Source: Pedosphaera parvula Ellin514 (GTDB lineage: Bacteria > Verrucomicrobiota > Verrucomicrobiia > Limisphaerales > JADJPG01). Taken from it: a DNA stretch of 64,000 bases. Of the stretch, positions 55,152-64,000 are shown piece after piece; positions within the stretch are counted from its first letter, which is position 1, and the number at the start of each line of letters is the position of its first letter. The notes below the pieces were generated by a model that was not told the origin of the DNA, made no database searches, and worked only from the letters and a program-made list of their open reading frames with translations. The position numbers and the translations under genes were made by a program. The stretch is taken from assembly GCA_943332515.1 (NCBI GenBank), contig CALQPR010000001.1, positions 43,598 to 107,597 of the forward strand, written 5' to 3'.

Positions 55152-56741
55152 TCACTTTCTGACGAGGAATCCGGCGTTGGCCCAGTCGGCGAAGTCCTCG
55201 CGGGATCCGTTGCCGGCATCCATCGCAACAAGGCTGATCAACTTCGCGCCCTCGGGGATCGGCACGTCAAACCGCCACGCTGGCGAGAGAATGCGCATCA
55301 CCGGACTGGCCGCCGCTTCCTTCCCGTCAATGAATACCTTGAAGATCACGCTCGGGTGCATGGCGAGGTTCGACCCGTTGCTGATGGTGACCAGGTTTTC
55401 ATCCGCGCCGGCCAGCGCGACGAAGCGTTGGTACTCCGGCTTGCGCTCATACATCAGCGCACATGGCGCATGGACGCCCATGCCCACGTCGTAGGTCTTC
55501 CGATTGACCTTCAATGGCTGGCCCAGGTTCGCCTTGTCCTTTTGCGGCGGCTTCGTGTTGCCGGAATACCGGACGTTGCCCCCGTAGGTGTGACCGAAGC
55601 CGACGTTGCGCACTGGCTTCAAATCGCCGATGGCGATGTCCGGCGCCGGTGGCATGGGGATCATGCGCGCGAACGATCCTTCCGACTCCAGGCAAACCGC
55701 CCGCCCGTCGCGGAACGCCGCCACGCGCAAGTGCGTGGTGTCGGCGAACACTAGCGGCTTGGTGTAGAGAGTCGAGCCGGGCGACGGCTTGGAACCATCC
55801 AGCGTGTAGCGAATCTCCGCGCCGGGATTGAGTGGAGCCGTCAGCGTGACCGTGATGGGTTGCTCGAACAGATGCGGGCGCATCGGCGTGCCCCACGGCG
55901 CGATGCGCACCGGGTCCACCACCCAATTGGGGTCCCACTTCCCGAGCCTCGTCAGCTCCTGTTGGAAATGGATCGTGGGCGCGAGATGCTTCTCGAAATG
56001 TTCCACCACCTGTTCGGTGTTGAGGTCGGGCGTGAAGTTGCGCGACGGCTCATAGCCCGGATGCGCATCGGTCATGTCCCGCGCGAGCACGCAGTTGAGA
56101 CCCGCCGCCTTCATTGCCTTCAAACCCATCGGCTTGCCCAGCAGGCAAACCTGCGTGTGGAACCCAACGAAGATGAGATGCGTTAGCCCGTACTTCTGAC
56201 AGATGGCGTAAACCTCGGCCTGCGTGTCCGGCATCAGGTCGTCATCGCCGATCACCAACCCCGGGTGCATGCCGTCCCAGCCGAAATTCCCTGCGCACCG
56301 TTCGCGGCCGCAGGCGCAACCGCCGGCATCCGGCACCGGCGGGCACGTTACGTCCACCACTTTGGGCACTGTCACCTTCGGCAAGGCGAAGATCGCCTCG
56401 CGCTGCGGGTAGCCGACATAGTTGTCCACCACGTCGCTCGGGCACAGCATGACCGTCATCCCGAGCGCGCGGGCGGCCTCAAGTGCCTTGTTCATCCGCG
56501 GCACGAACGCATCCACGCGCATCGTCGCCGTCTTGCACCAATGAAAGTTCCAGACATCCACGGCGATGACCCCGACCCGTTTCGGATCGACCTCCTCCTT
56601 CTGAAGGGTGATCGCACCCGTCACCGGATCGCGGCGCTGCAGTTCTAAGGTCAGGCTCTGCGCGGGAGCGGGAAGGAGGATGCCGGCAAGCGCCAGGTAA
56701 GCGGCTAAACGGCGGAAGACGACTAGGGCGGTGTTTTTCAT
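55152..56741 (-). CDS. Secreted fusion: isochorismatase-like cysteine hydrolase + CHB_HEX_C (chitobiase C-terminal-like) + NPCBM carbohydrate-binding module
   Basis: GVIAVDVWNFHWC...THLIFVGFHTQVCLL...ARDMTDA; IRYTLDGSKPSPGSTLYTKPL; KTYDVGMGVHAPCALMY...FVALAGADE...EDFADWANAGF. Confidence 0.75.
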   Translation of the reverse strand: MKNTALVVFRRLAAYLALAGILLPAPAQSLTLELQRRDPVTGAITLQKEEVDPKRVGVIAVDVWNFHWCKTATMRVDAFVPRMNKALEAARALGMTVMLCPSDVVDNYVGYPQREAIFALPKVTVPKVVDVTCPPVPDAGGCACGRERCAGNFGWDGMHPGLVIGDDDLMPDTQAEVYAICQKYGLTHLIFVGFHTQVCLLGKPMGLKAMKAAGLNCVLARDMTDAHPGYEPSRNFTPDLNTEQVVEHFEKHLAPTIHFQQELTRLGKWDPNWVVDPVRIAPWGTPMRPHLFEQPITVTLTAPLNPGAEIRYTLDGSKPSPGSTLYTKPLVFADTTHLRVAAFRDGRAVCLESEGSFARMIPMPPAPDIAIGDLKPVRNVGFGHTYGGNVRYSGNTKPPQKDKANLGQPLKVNRKTYDVGMGVHAPCALMYERKPEYQRFVALAGADENLVTISNGSNLAMHPSVIFKVFIDGKEAAASPVMRILSPAWRFDVPIPEGAKLISLVAMDAGNGSREDFADWANAGFLVRK

Positions 56742-56773
56742 TTGGATTGATGGATGTTAGGCTGGCGAATCCG

Positions 56774-58000
56774 CTATCGCGGGGCGGCGTCTGTTTTCCT
56801 CGGCGGGTCGCGGAAGAAGAGCAGGAACACCACGAGCACCGCGCCCGCGCCCAGCGCGGGCATCCGCCAGATGCCGGCCCAATCGTGAGCCAGGCGTCCG
56901 ATGGGTTCCGCCAGCGTGTGTGCGGCCAATACTTTACCGGCAAGCAGCGAGCCGACGAAGGCGCCGAGGCCCCACAGGATGAACGCGATAAAGCCCTGCG
57001 CCGCGCCGCGCATCCGCTCGTTGGCCTCCTCATCCACATAGAGCTGCCCGGCGATGAAGAGAAAGTCGTAGCACACGCCGTGGAGCAGGATCGCCGTGTA
57101 GATGAGCAACACCGTCATGCCGCCACTGCCCGCGCTGCCCGCCAGCGCAAAGTAGCGCGCCACCCACGCGAGGATGCCGAGGAAGATGGTGAGCTTGTAA
57201 CCGAAGCGCTTCAAGAACACCGGCAGGAGAAAGAGGAAGATAACGTCCGAGACCTGCGCCAACGACATCTTCGCCGCCATGCTTTCCCACTTCAGCTCCG
57301 TGAGATAGATGCCCATCATCACGAAGTAAAAGTAAAGCGGGATGCAGATGAGAAACATGCACGCAATGAAGATCGCGAATGACGGCTTGCGCAGCAGCGC
57401 GAGAGCATCGAGGCCCAGCACTTCGCTCCACTTTAGGTTTGCGCCTGTTTTCTTCGGAGGTGTGTGCGGCAGCGTGAGGGAAAAGAGGCCGAACAGAATC
57501 GAGATGCCGCCCGCCAGGTAGAATTGGAAGCCCGACTGCTCGCCCTTGAGCAGCGAGAGCGTCACTCCCCCCGCGATCCAGCCCACTGCCGCGAGCGTCT
57601 TCACCCGCGGGAAATCCGTCTTCGCATCCGCGAGGTGATGAAGCGAGAGCGAGTTGCCGAGCGCCAGCGTCGGCACATACAGGGCGCAGTAGAGGATCAG
57701 CACCGGGAAAAAGCTTCCGAATTCGCGCAAGCCCGGCAGCAAGCACAACACGCCTCCTCCCGCGATCCCGAGCACCGCAAGGAGCTTCTCCGAGGCAAAG
57801 AAGCGATCCGCGATCAACCCAACAAAGAAGGGCGAGATCATTGCTCCCCAGGCAAACGCGCCATAGGCGAGGCCAATCTGTGCCCCCTCGAACTTCAACG
57901 TATTCGCAAGGTAAGTACCCATGCTCACATACCAGGAACCCCAGATGAAGTACTGGAGGAACATGAACATGGAGAGTTTGATCTTGAGAGCGGTTTGCAT
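56774..58000 (-). CDS. MFS transporter, nucleoside:H+ symporter (NupG/XapB-like) family
   Basis: KLSMFMFLQYFIWGSWYVSMGTYL start typical of the Nuc_H_symport family; 12 predicted TM helices. ATG 58000; the ORF in the track is over-extended. Confidence 0.8.
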   Translation of the reverse strand: MQTALKIKLSMFMFLQYFIWGSWYVSMGTYLANTLKFEGAQIGLAYGAFAWGAMISPFFVGLIADRFFASEKLLAVLGIAGGGVLCLLPGLREFGSFFPVLILYCALYVPTLALGNSLSLHHLADAKTDFPRVKTLAAVGWIAGGVTLSLLKGEQSGFQFYLAGGISILFGLFSLTLPHTPPKKTGANLKWSEVLGLDALALLRKPSFAIFIACMFLICIPLYFYFVMMGIYLTELKWESMAAKMSLAQVSDVIFLFLLPVFLKRFGYKLTIFLGILAWVARYFALAGSAGSGGMTVLLIYTAILLHGVCYDFLFIAGQLYVDEEANERMRGAAQGFIAFILWGLGAFVGSLLAGKVLAAHTLAEPIGRLAHDWAGIWRMPALGAGAVLVVFLLFFRDPPRKTDAAPR

Positions 58001-58107
58001 AGTGGGTGAAAGGCGATAGGCGGCATCCTTGCGAGGATCGCCTCGAGCGGGAAGGAAATTGTGCAAGACGTCGAGAATTGCGCTCACACCGCAGCGGCCA
58101 GGCTGGA

Positions 58108-60384
58108 TCATTTGGCCGAGAGTACTTCGTCCGGCAGCATTCGTTCGCGCCAGATATTTAAGTGATGCGGGATCGTGCTGGTGGCCGTCACGTCCCACAA
58201 CGACGTCTTCATCTGCCGCAACGCGAGCACGGAGAGCACCTCGCCCGAAATCCAACCCGTCTCCATGCTGTAGAGGCTCCAGCCGATGTCGGCATCGCTG
58301 CCCCAATATTCCCAGCGGCGATAGTCGAACCCGCGGAACCATCCGCCATCGAGCTGAGGCTGATCCTCGCTCTTCACCTGCACCCGGCAGAGAAACCGCA
58401 CGATCTTGTCAGCGGCGTCGCGATAGAGGGCCTCGCCGGTGGCCGCGGCGGCTTCGTGCAGGCCGAGGAGGGCAAAGTTCACGGTGTAGAGCAGGTCCGT
58501 GTTCGGATCGCCATTGGCTTGAACAAGCGTGGTCTCCCCTGTGCCATACGCGTCGTTGCTGGCGGGGCCGTGTTTGATCTTAGTGAGAATGGCGCCGCAG
58601 GGATCGAGATCGCCCGTGAGATCGGTCGCCACGCGTCGCAGCCATTCGCGGTGCTCCGGTTTATCGTCAAGTCGCACCAGCCAGGCGAGCGCCAGCAGCA
58701 TGCGGGCCCGCTCCTGGTTGAACTGATCGTTCGTCGCCGTCCAGCCTTGCGGATACACCTCCATCATCCGCCGGATGCCCTTGGCGGCGCGTTCCCGGAA
58801 AAGCGGAAGTCCGGTCGCCTTTGCGGCCCAGAGAAAACATGCCTGCATGTAGGCCTGGTAGTGAGGCGACAGGTCTTCGGAAGATCCCTTAAAGTGCCGT
58901 TCCCAACCGCCACCGGCGAGTGCCGGCAAATCGATATGCGGAACGGCGAAGCCCTTGCGCCCGGTCAGCCGCATCATCGCGAGAAGCTGCTGCGCCAGCC
59001 GTTCGTCGAAGCGATCAGTGCGCAGTGCCGTCGCGGTTCGCAGCAGGCCGAGCCAGGCCCGCGCGTTGTCATCGCCCCACAGCTGGTGATACCCGTGCGC
59101 ACCGCCGAAGTAGCGCGGCACATCATTCCAGCCTGCCAGGCCGAAAGCCGCATGTTTTGGATCGGCGAAGGCGCCGTTGTAGAGCACCGATTTGCCCGTC
59201 AGCCAGTCGCCGAGATTTGATCCGATGCGGCTGAATTCCGGGTGCTTCAAAACGGAACCGGCCAGGGCCAGGGCTCCGGCCGATTCACTGACATTGTCCG
59301 CCCGGCGCCACCACAGGACCGACTGCGATCCATCGTAATAGATCTTCGAACGAAATCCTTCCAACAGGCCAAGACTGCCGTCACCCGTCGCGGCGTCTCG
59401 AACCCCAGGTCCCGCGCGATGTCCATCGGGCCAGTCCGCGGTGGGCGGGCCCTGATTCGACGGTCGATCGTAACGCGCCTGCCACGACGGATGGACCAGC
59501 AGTCCAGACTTGCGATACCACTCGGCCCCGCGCTGCAGCGCCCGTCGTTCGACACCCGCCGGCAGCTCGGCCTCCCGGGCGAACGATGGCTGGACGGTCG
59601 GCGTCCAGCGCAGCGTCGGAACCACGGCGTCCGGTTGCACCCATTTCAGGATCATTCGCCACACCGGTTCCCAGGCATCCAACGGCGCATAGCGAGCGGT
59701 CACGAACTGGCTGAGTTTGGTGGTCGCCACCAACACTCCGCCGGCGGGATGTTCGAAAAGGATCGGGTGGACGTTGGTTTTCGGGAGCCCGTAGAGCGCG
59801 TCGTCGTAGCCGGCTACTCGGGCGACCACGAGATGCGGTTGGCTGGTGTCGACCGGCAGGTAGTGGCAGTCGTGGATCATTAGGATGCGCATCTTCTTCA
59901 GCGCGTCGCCAAAGGCGTCGCTGGCCACGACGGTTCGTTCTAGGATGTTGCCCCAATGTCCGGTCTTCAGGGTCTGGGGCGCGCCGAGCTTCAGCGCCGG
60001 AACGAACGACGGGTATTCCACGTAGAGCCGGAGCTTCTTGTCGCGGGCCTGTTCAAACAACTCCGGAGCCAGGCGGGTGGTCTGCTGCGGATACGAGTCC
60101 GCCAGCACCAGCACCCCGGAGCCCGCCGGTGCATGCGCTACGGCGGTTGCGGCATCGTTGAATCGTTCGACCTTGGCCCCGGCAGCCTGCAGCACGCGGA
60201 CGATATCGTTGTCGGCCCGGGCGACGATGCGCCAGGAACCGTCGGCGCCGTACGCCGGAATCATGATGAATCCCGACAGCCACAGGAGGACCGAGCAGGC
60301 CGCGCCGCGCAGCGCGAAAAGGGCGCTCTTGCTCGCCAACCTCGCGGTGCATTGATAGAATTGAGACAGGGTTTGGCTGACCAT
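58108..60384 (-). CDS. Large hypothetical protein (758 aa), probably secreted
   Basis: Hydrophobic N-terminus and a long clean ORF. The C-terminal half is Trp/Gly-rich (GGWFRGFDYRRWEYWGSDADIGWS), reminiscent of alpha/alpha-toroid glycosidase-like folds. This is a guess only. Confidence 0.6.
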   Translation of the reverse strand: MVSQTLSQFYQCTARLASKSALFALRGAACSVLLWLSGFIMIPAYGADGSWRIVARADNDIVRVLQAAGAKVERFNDAATAVAHAPAGSGVLVLADSYPQQTTRLAPELFEQARDKKLRLYVEYPSFVPALKLGAPQTLKTGHWGNILERTVVASDAFGDALKKMRILMIHDCHYLPVDTSQPHLVVARVAGYDDALYGLPKTNVHPILFEHPAGGVLVATTKLSQFVTARYAPLDAWEPVWRMILKWVQPDAVVPTLRWTPTVQPSFAREAELPAGVERRALQRGAEWYRKSGLLVHPSWQARYDRPSNQGPPTADWPDGHRAGPGVRDAATGDGSLGLLEGFRSKIYYDGSQSVLWWRRADNVSESAGALALAGSVLKHPEFSRIGSNLGDWLTGKSVLYNGAFADPKHAAFGLAGWNDVPRYFGGAHGYHQLWGDDNARAWLGLLRTATALRTDRFDERLAQQLLAMMRLTGRKGFAVPHIDLPALAGGGWERHFKGSSEDLSPHYQAYMQACFLWAAKATGLPLFRERAAKGIRRMMEVYPQGWTATNDQFNQERARMLLALAWLVRLDDKPEHREWLRRVATDLTGDLDPCGAILTKIKHGPASNDAYGTGETTLVQANGDPNTDLLYTVNFALLGLHEAAAATGEALYRDAADKIVRFLCRVQVKSEDQPQLDGGWFRGFDYRRWEYWGSDADIGWSLYSMETGWISGEVLSVLALRQMKTSLWDVTATSTIPHHLNIWRERMLPDEVLSAK

Positions 60385-60440
60385 ATTGCGAATGTTCGTT
60401 TGCTTGTTCGCTCCACAAGTCGGGAGCGGCGCCGGGATCG

Positions 60441-61937
60441 CTAGGAAATAATCCCGCGGATCGGATCGCCGTAGTCGATCTCGAGACGCGTGCGTCCGGG
60501 TATGGTGAGTTTCCTCGGCTCCAGACCCAGTTGGTGGAGGATGGTGGCGTGGAGGTCAGTGATGTAATGGCGGTCCTCCACGGCGTGGAATCCGAGTTCG
60601 TCGGTGGCCCCGTGGGCGATGCCGCCACGGATGCCGCCGCCCGCGAGCCAGACGGAGAACCCGTAGGGATGATGATCCCGGCCGTCGCTGCCCTGGGCGC
60701 CCGGCGTGCGGCCGAACTCCGTCCCCCAGACGACCAGCGTTTCATCGAGCAGCCCGCGCTGTTTGAGATCCTTGAGCAAGCCGGCGATGGGTCGATCCAC
60801 CTGGCCACAGAGTTTGGTGTGATTATTGCGCAGGTCGCCGTGGGCGTCCCATTCACCAGCACCACCGTCTCCGCCATGAAAAATCTGGATGAATCGAACA
60901 CCCCGTTCCACCAGGCGTCGTGCGGCGAGGCATTGCTGGCCAAACGATTTGGTGGCGGATTGGTCGAGGCCGTAAAGGCGTCGAGTGCCTTCCGATTCCT
61001 CGTTGAACGCCACGACTTCCGGCACCGCCATCTGCATGCGGAACGCCAGTTCGTAAGACTTGATGCGCGCGGCGAGGGCGGCGTCCTCCGGATATTCGAT
61101 GGCCGCGATCCGATTGAGGCGTTCCATCAAGGCGAACTCGGACCGCTGTTCCTCAGCGAAGACGTCCGCGCCAGGACCCGCGTACGGCAACGGCCGTTTC
61201 GGGTCGATCGCGAGCTGGACGCCCTGATGTTCAGGTCCGAGGTAATTCGCGCCATGCGCTCCAACACCGCCGCAGCAGTCCGCGACCGGCCGGCCCATTA
61301 CCACAAACTGCGGGAGGTTCTCATTGAGTGTCCCGAGGCCGTAGTGGACCCAGGAACCGATGGTCGGGAACTGACCTTCGAGAACATGACGGCCCGTGTG
61401 GAATTGCATCTGGGCACCGTGATTGTTGTCGGTGGTCCACATCGAACGTACCACCGCGATGTCGTCGATGCAGTCGCCCACGTGCGGCCACCAGTCGCTG
61501 ACCTCCAGTCCACTGCGTCCGCGCTTTCGATAGCCGACCTGCATGGGGAGAATTTTTGGATGCACCTTGTGCAATCCCGCCACCAACTCACGCAGGTTCT
61601 TCTTAAGATACGGGGAATCCAGCGTCCCCTTGTAGGGCGTTTCCGCGATGGTCTTGCCCTCATAACGGTTCAGCTCGGGCTTGGGATCGAAACTCTCCAT
61701 CTGGCTCGTGCCGCCCTGCATGAACAGCCAGATGACACTCTTGGCGCGTGGGGCAAAGTGCGGCCGCTTGGAAAGCATCTCGCTCAACGCATCAGCGGCG
61801 GCCACTTGGACGTTCCCTTCCCGAGCCAGCATCGTGCCGAGAACCATGCCGGTCATTCCCATCCCGCAATCCGCAAGGAACGACCGCCGGGTTCCAGGCT
61901 TTGTCCACTGCGCGTGGTTCTTGGGTCGCATGCTCAT
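60441..61937 (-). CDS. DUF1501 (sulfatase-fold) protein with Tat signal
   Basis: TRRSFLADCGMGMTGMVLG leader; SMWTDNNHG, WGTEFGRTPG, GRDHHPYGFS. ATGA overlap with the upstream gene. Confidence 0.9.
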   Translation of the reverse strand: MSMRPKNHAQWTKPGTRRSFLADCGMGMTGMVLGTMLAREGNVQVAAADALSEMLSKRPHFAPRAKSVIWLFMQGGTSQMESFDPKPELNRYEGKTIAETPYKGTLDSPYLKKNLRELVAGLHKVHPKILPMQVGYRKRGRSGLEVSDWWPHVGDCIDDIAVVRSMWTTDNNHGAQMQFHTGRHVLEGQFPTIGSWVHYGLGTLNENLPQFVVMGRPVADCCGGVGAHGANYLGPEHQGVQLAIDPKRPLPYAGPGADVFAEEQRSEFALMERLNRIAAIEYPEDAALAARIKSYELAFRMQMAVPEVVAFNEESEGTRRLYGLDQSATKSFGQQCLAARRLVERGVRFIQIFHGGDGGAGEWDAHGDLRNNHTKLCGQVDRPIAGLLKDLKQRGLLDETLVVWGTEFGRTPGAQGSDGRDHHPYGFSVWLAGGGIRGGIAHGATDELGFHAVEDRHYITDLHATILHQLGLEPRKLTIPGRTRLEIDYGDPIRGIIS

Positions 61938-64000
61938 CGGATGCTAACAAAATCGTTATGGTTGAAGAGGACGAGGATCAGGTTCTCTTTGGCTCGAGCC
62001 CGCGGCTCTTTGGCCGGTGGCACTTGTGACGAGTCGCCCACGGTCGCCGGCGACAGCTTCGACGGATCGGCCAGCATCGAGGCTTGTTCTTCGAGGAACT
62101 CACGGCACGCCGCGGTTTCCTCCGACGTGGGCGTTCGGTTCAGGATGGCTGTGAACGCCGCGTTGATGAACGGCGCGTCGGCGTCGTCGTCGCTGAGCGA
62201 CGCACGGATAGATTGCGCGAGCCGCCGGGATTGAGTCTTGATCAGCACGCTGTTGGCCAGGGCCAGGGCTTGTTGCGGGACGATGCTTTCGTCGCGCCGA
62301 TAGCACTCGCTGATCCCAGGACCGTCGAACGTGCGGGTGAATTCCATGAGCTTTTCCTTCGCGTGCCGGAAATAAATGCTGCGTCGGGACAAGGACTCGC
62401 CCGTTCCTTGATCCAACTCCGGGCCGCCCATGGTCCAGTCCAACCCGCCGGCGACATGGAGGACGCTATCGCGCACCACCTCGGCTTCCGCCCGCCGCAC
62501 GTTCATCCGCCAAAGCTGGACGTTGTCGCGATCGTTCGCCTGATTCTGAGCCATCATTGCACCTCCGGACGATTTCATGCGATAGGCAGCCGACGTGACG
62601 ATGAGCCGGTGCATGGCTTTCATGCTCCATCCTTGCCGCACGAATTCCGCGGCCAGCCAGTCCAATAGCTCCGGGTGGGTGGGTGACTTTCCCGCCTTCC
62701 CGAAATCAAAAACCGTCGGGACCAGCGGGCTGCCCAGATGTCGCATCCAGAGATGGTTCATCGCGACGCGGGCGGTCAACGGATTGTCCGGACTGGCGAT
62801 CCAGCGCGCCAGCGCGAGACGACGGCCGGTGGACGATTTCGGATAAACCGGGCCCAGGGTGGCATAAGACGACGAGACTGGTTCGAGCACGGCACGTCGG
62901 GCGGAAGTGAGGGTTTCCTGAGCTGCAGTCACCTTTTTCTCGGCCTCCGCCAAGGCCTTCTGCGCCTTCGCATCGACCTTTGACTCCGCCTTGGGTTCGG
63001 CCTTCGAAGCGGTTTTCGAATCAGCTTTCGCATCGGGCTTCGGATCAGACTTCGGCTCCGCCTTAAGTTCGGCCTCCTTCTGGCGGGCGCGCAACGTCTG
63101 CAGCGCACCGGCGGCCTCGGCCAGCGCCAACTCCGCCGCGGCGACGTTGGCTTGCCGTTCGGCGCCGGCTGCCGCCCGGGCCGCGGACCCATGGTCGCCT
63201 GGAACCACGGCATGCTTCACCCGCTCGGCGACGATGCGTTGCCGGAGCGAATCCTGTTGGGACCGCGCAAGCGCCGACCGGCGACTCGCGATCTCCGCCG
63301 TGACCCAAAACGACTCCACGTCGTTGGTGGACGCGAGCGCGGCTGTCCACGCCGCATCCGCCTTCTTCTCCGCCGCCAGCACGGCGTCGTCACTCCGAGC
63401 CAACGCATCCTTCACCGCCGCCTCACTCAACGCTGGATAGTAACTTTCCAACGGCAAGGCCACGGCCGCGATCTCGGGAGATTTGTTCACCAGAAAATCA
63501 GGGAGACGCGGGAGGACAGACTGATTGGTCTCAGGCCGGGCTTCGTCACCACGGGTGAAGACATGGGTTGGCTCGGCCAATCGCGCGTCGAAGGCCTGCA
63601 CCAGACTGTTGGTTTTGGCATCGCCCGCAAGGGTCAAGAGATTGGTCCGGACTTCGTGCGGTTCGAAAAACGCCCGCATCCGGTAGAAGTCCAGCTGCGA
63701 AAGCGGATCCGATTTGTGATCATGACACTTGGCGCAATTCAAGGTCAGCCCGAGGAAAGCCTTGCCGGTATGTTCCACCGTTGCCTCCAGCCAGACGTTG
63801 CGATTGTAGCGAAACCAGTTTCGAACGAGGAACCCCGTGGCCCGGAGCGTGTCGGCATCCAGCGGGGCAATCTCATCCGCCGCGAGCATCTCGACAATCA
63901 TGCGGTCGTACGGCTTGTCGGCATTTACCGATTCGATGATCCAATCGCGCCAGCGCCAAATGTGGGGCTGGCTTTCCCGGACCTCGGCGCCGTGCCCCGC
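61934..64000 (-). CDS. DUF1549 + DUF1553 (PSD) protein, 5' end outside the window
   Basis: The frame is open to nt 64000 (…HIWRWRDWIIESVNADKPYDRMIVEMLAADE); CAKCHDHKSDPL; C-terminal DUF1553 blocks. Contains a Lys/Ala/Asp/Pro low-complexity insert. Confidence 0.88.
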   Translation of the reverse strand, partial: AGHGAEVRESQPHIWRWRDWIIESVNADKPYDRMIVEMLAADEIAPLDADTLRATGFLVRNWFRYNRNVWLEATVEHTGKAFLGLTLNCAKCHDHKSDPLSQLDFYRMRAFFEPHEVRTNLLTLAGDAKTNSLVQAFDARLAEPTHVFTRGDEARPETNQSVLPRLPDFLVNKSPEIAAVALPLESYYPALSEAAVKDALARSDDAVLAAEKKADAAWTAALASTNDVESFWVTAEIASRRSALARSQQDSLRQRIVAERVKHAVVPGDHGSAARAAAGAERQANVAAAELALAEAAGALQTLRARQKEAELKAEPKSDPKPDAKADSKTASKAEPKAESKVDAKAQKALAEAEKKVTAAQETLTSARRAVLEPVSSSYATLGPVYPKSSTGRRLALARWIASPDNPLTARVAMNHLWMRHLGSPLVPTVFDFGKAGKSPTHPELLDWLAAEFVRQGWSMKAMHRLIVTSAAYRMKSSGGAMMAQNQANDRDNVQLWRMNVRRAEAEVVRDSVLHVAGGLDWTMGGPELDQGTGESLSRRSIYFRHAKEKLMEFTRTFDGPGISECYRRDESIVPQQALALANSVLIKTQSRRLAQSIRASLSDDDADAPFINAAFTAILNRTPTSEETAACREFLEEQASMLADPSKLSPATVGDSSQVPPAKEPRARAKENLILVLFNHNDFVSIR

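Overview
High-GC chromosomal segment, most likely from a PVC-superphylum bacterium, probably Verrucomicrobiota. That placement is an inference from gene content: two PSCyt/DUF1549/DUF1553 + DUF1501 gene pairs, PSCyt1-WD40 proteins, Tat-signal Gfo/Idh/MocA oxidoreductases and ThuA. I can support about 50 CDS, one tRNA-Pro(GGG), three intrinsic terminators, one multiply disrupted pseudogene and four families of short structured intergenic repeats. There is no rRNA and no CRISPR array. Most long ORFs antisense to the called genes are high-GC shadow ORFs. Gene content is housekeeping (mdh, def, parB, fdhD, aguB) mixed with accessory carbohydrate, transport and regulatory loci. The best candidate for something undescribed is the imuA-imuB-dnaE2 SOS-mutagenesis cassette (34358-40559). 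It carries an extra UvrC-type GIY-YIG nuclease gene between imuB and dnaE2. That gene is preceded by a large imperfect palindrome and overlaps the dnaE2 start. Other points worth a second look: a tRNA-Pro followed by an integrase N-terminal remnant fused to a zinc ribbon in an AT-richer patch; heptamer-periodic TAAAACG arrays upstream of several genes; a double-hairpin REP-like element in two copies; a protein fragment between def and fdhD whose ORF reads through a strong terminator hairpin; a decayed PQQ-propeller gene containing a G9 tract; a secreted isochorismatase-CHB_HEX_C-NPCBM fusion locus; and a sugar-type ABC operon containing a shikimate-dehydrogenase paralog. All functional calls come from motif recognition by eye in the supplied translations. 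No database search was run.
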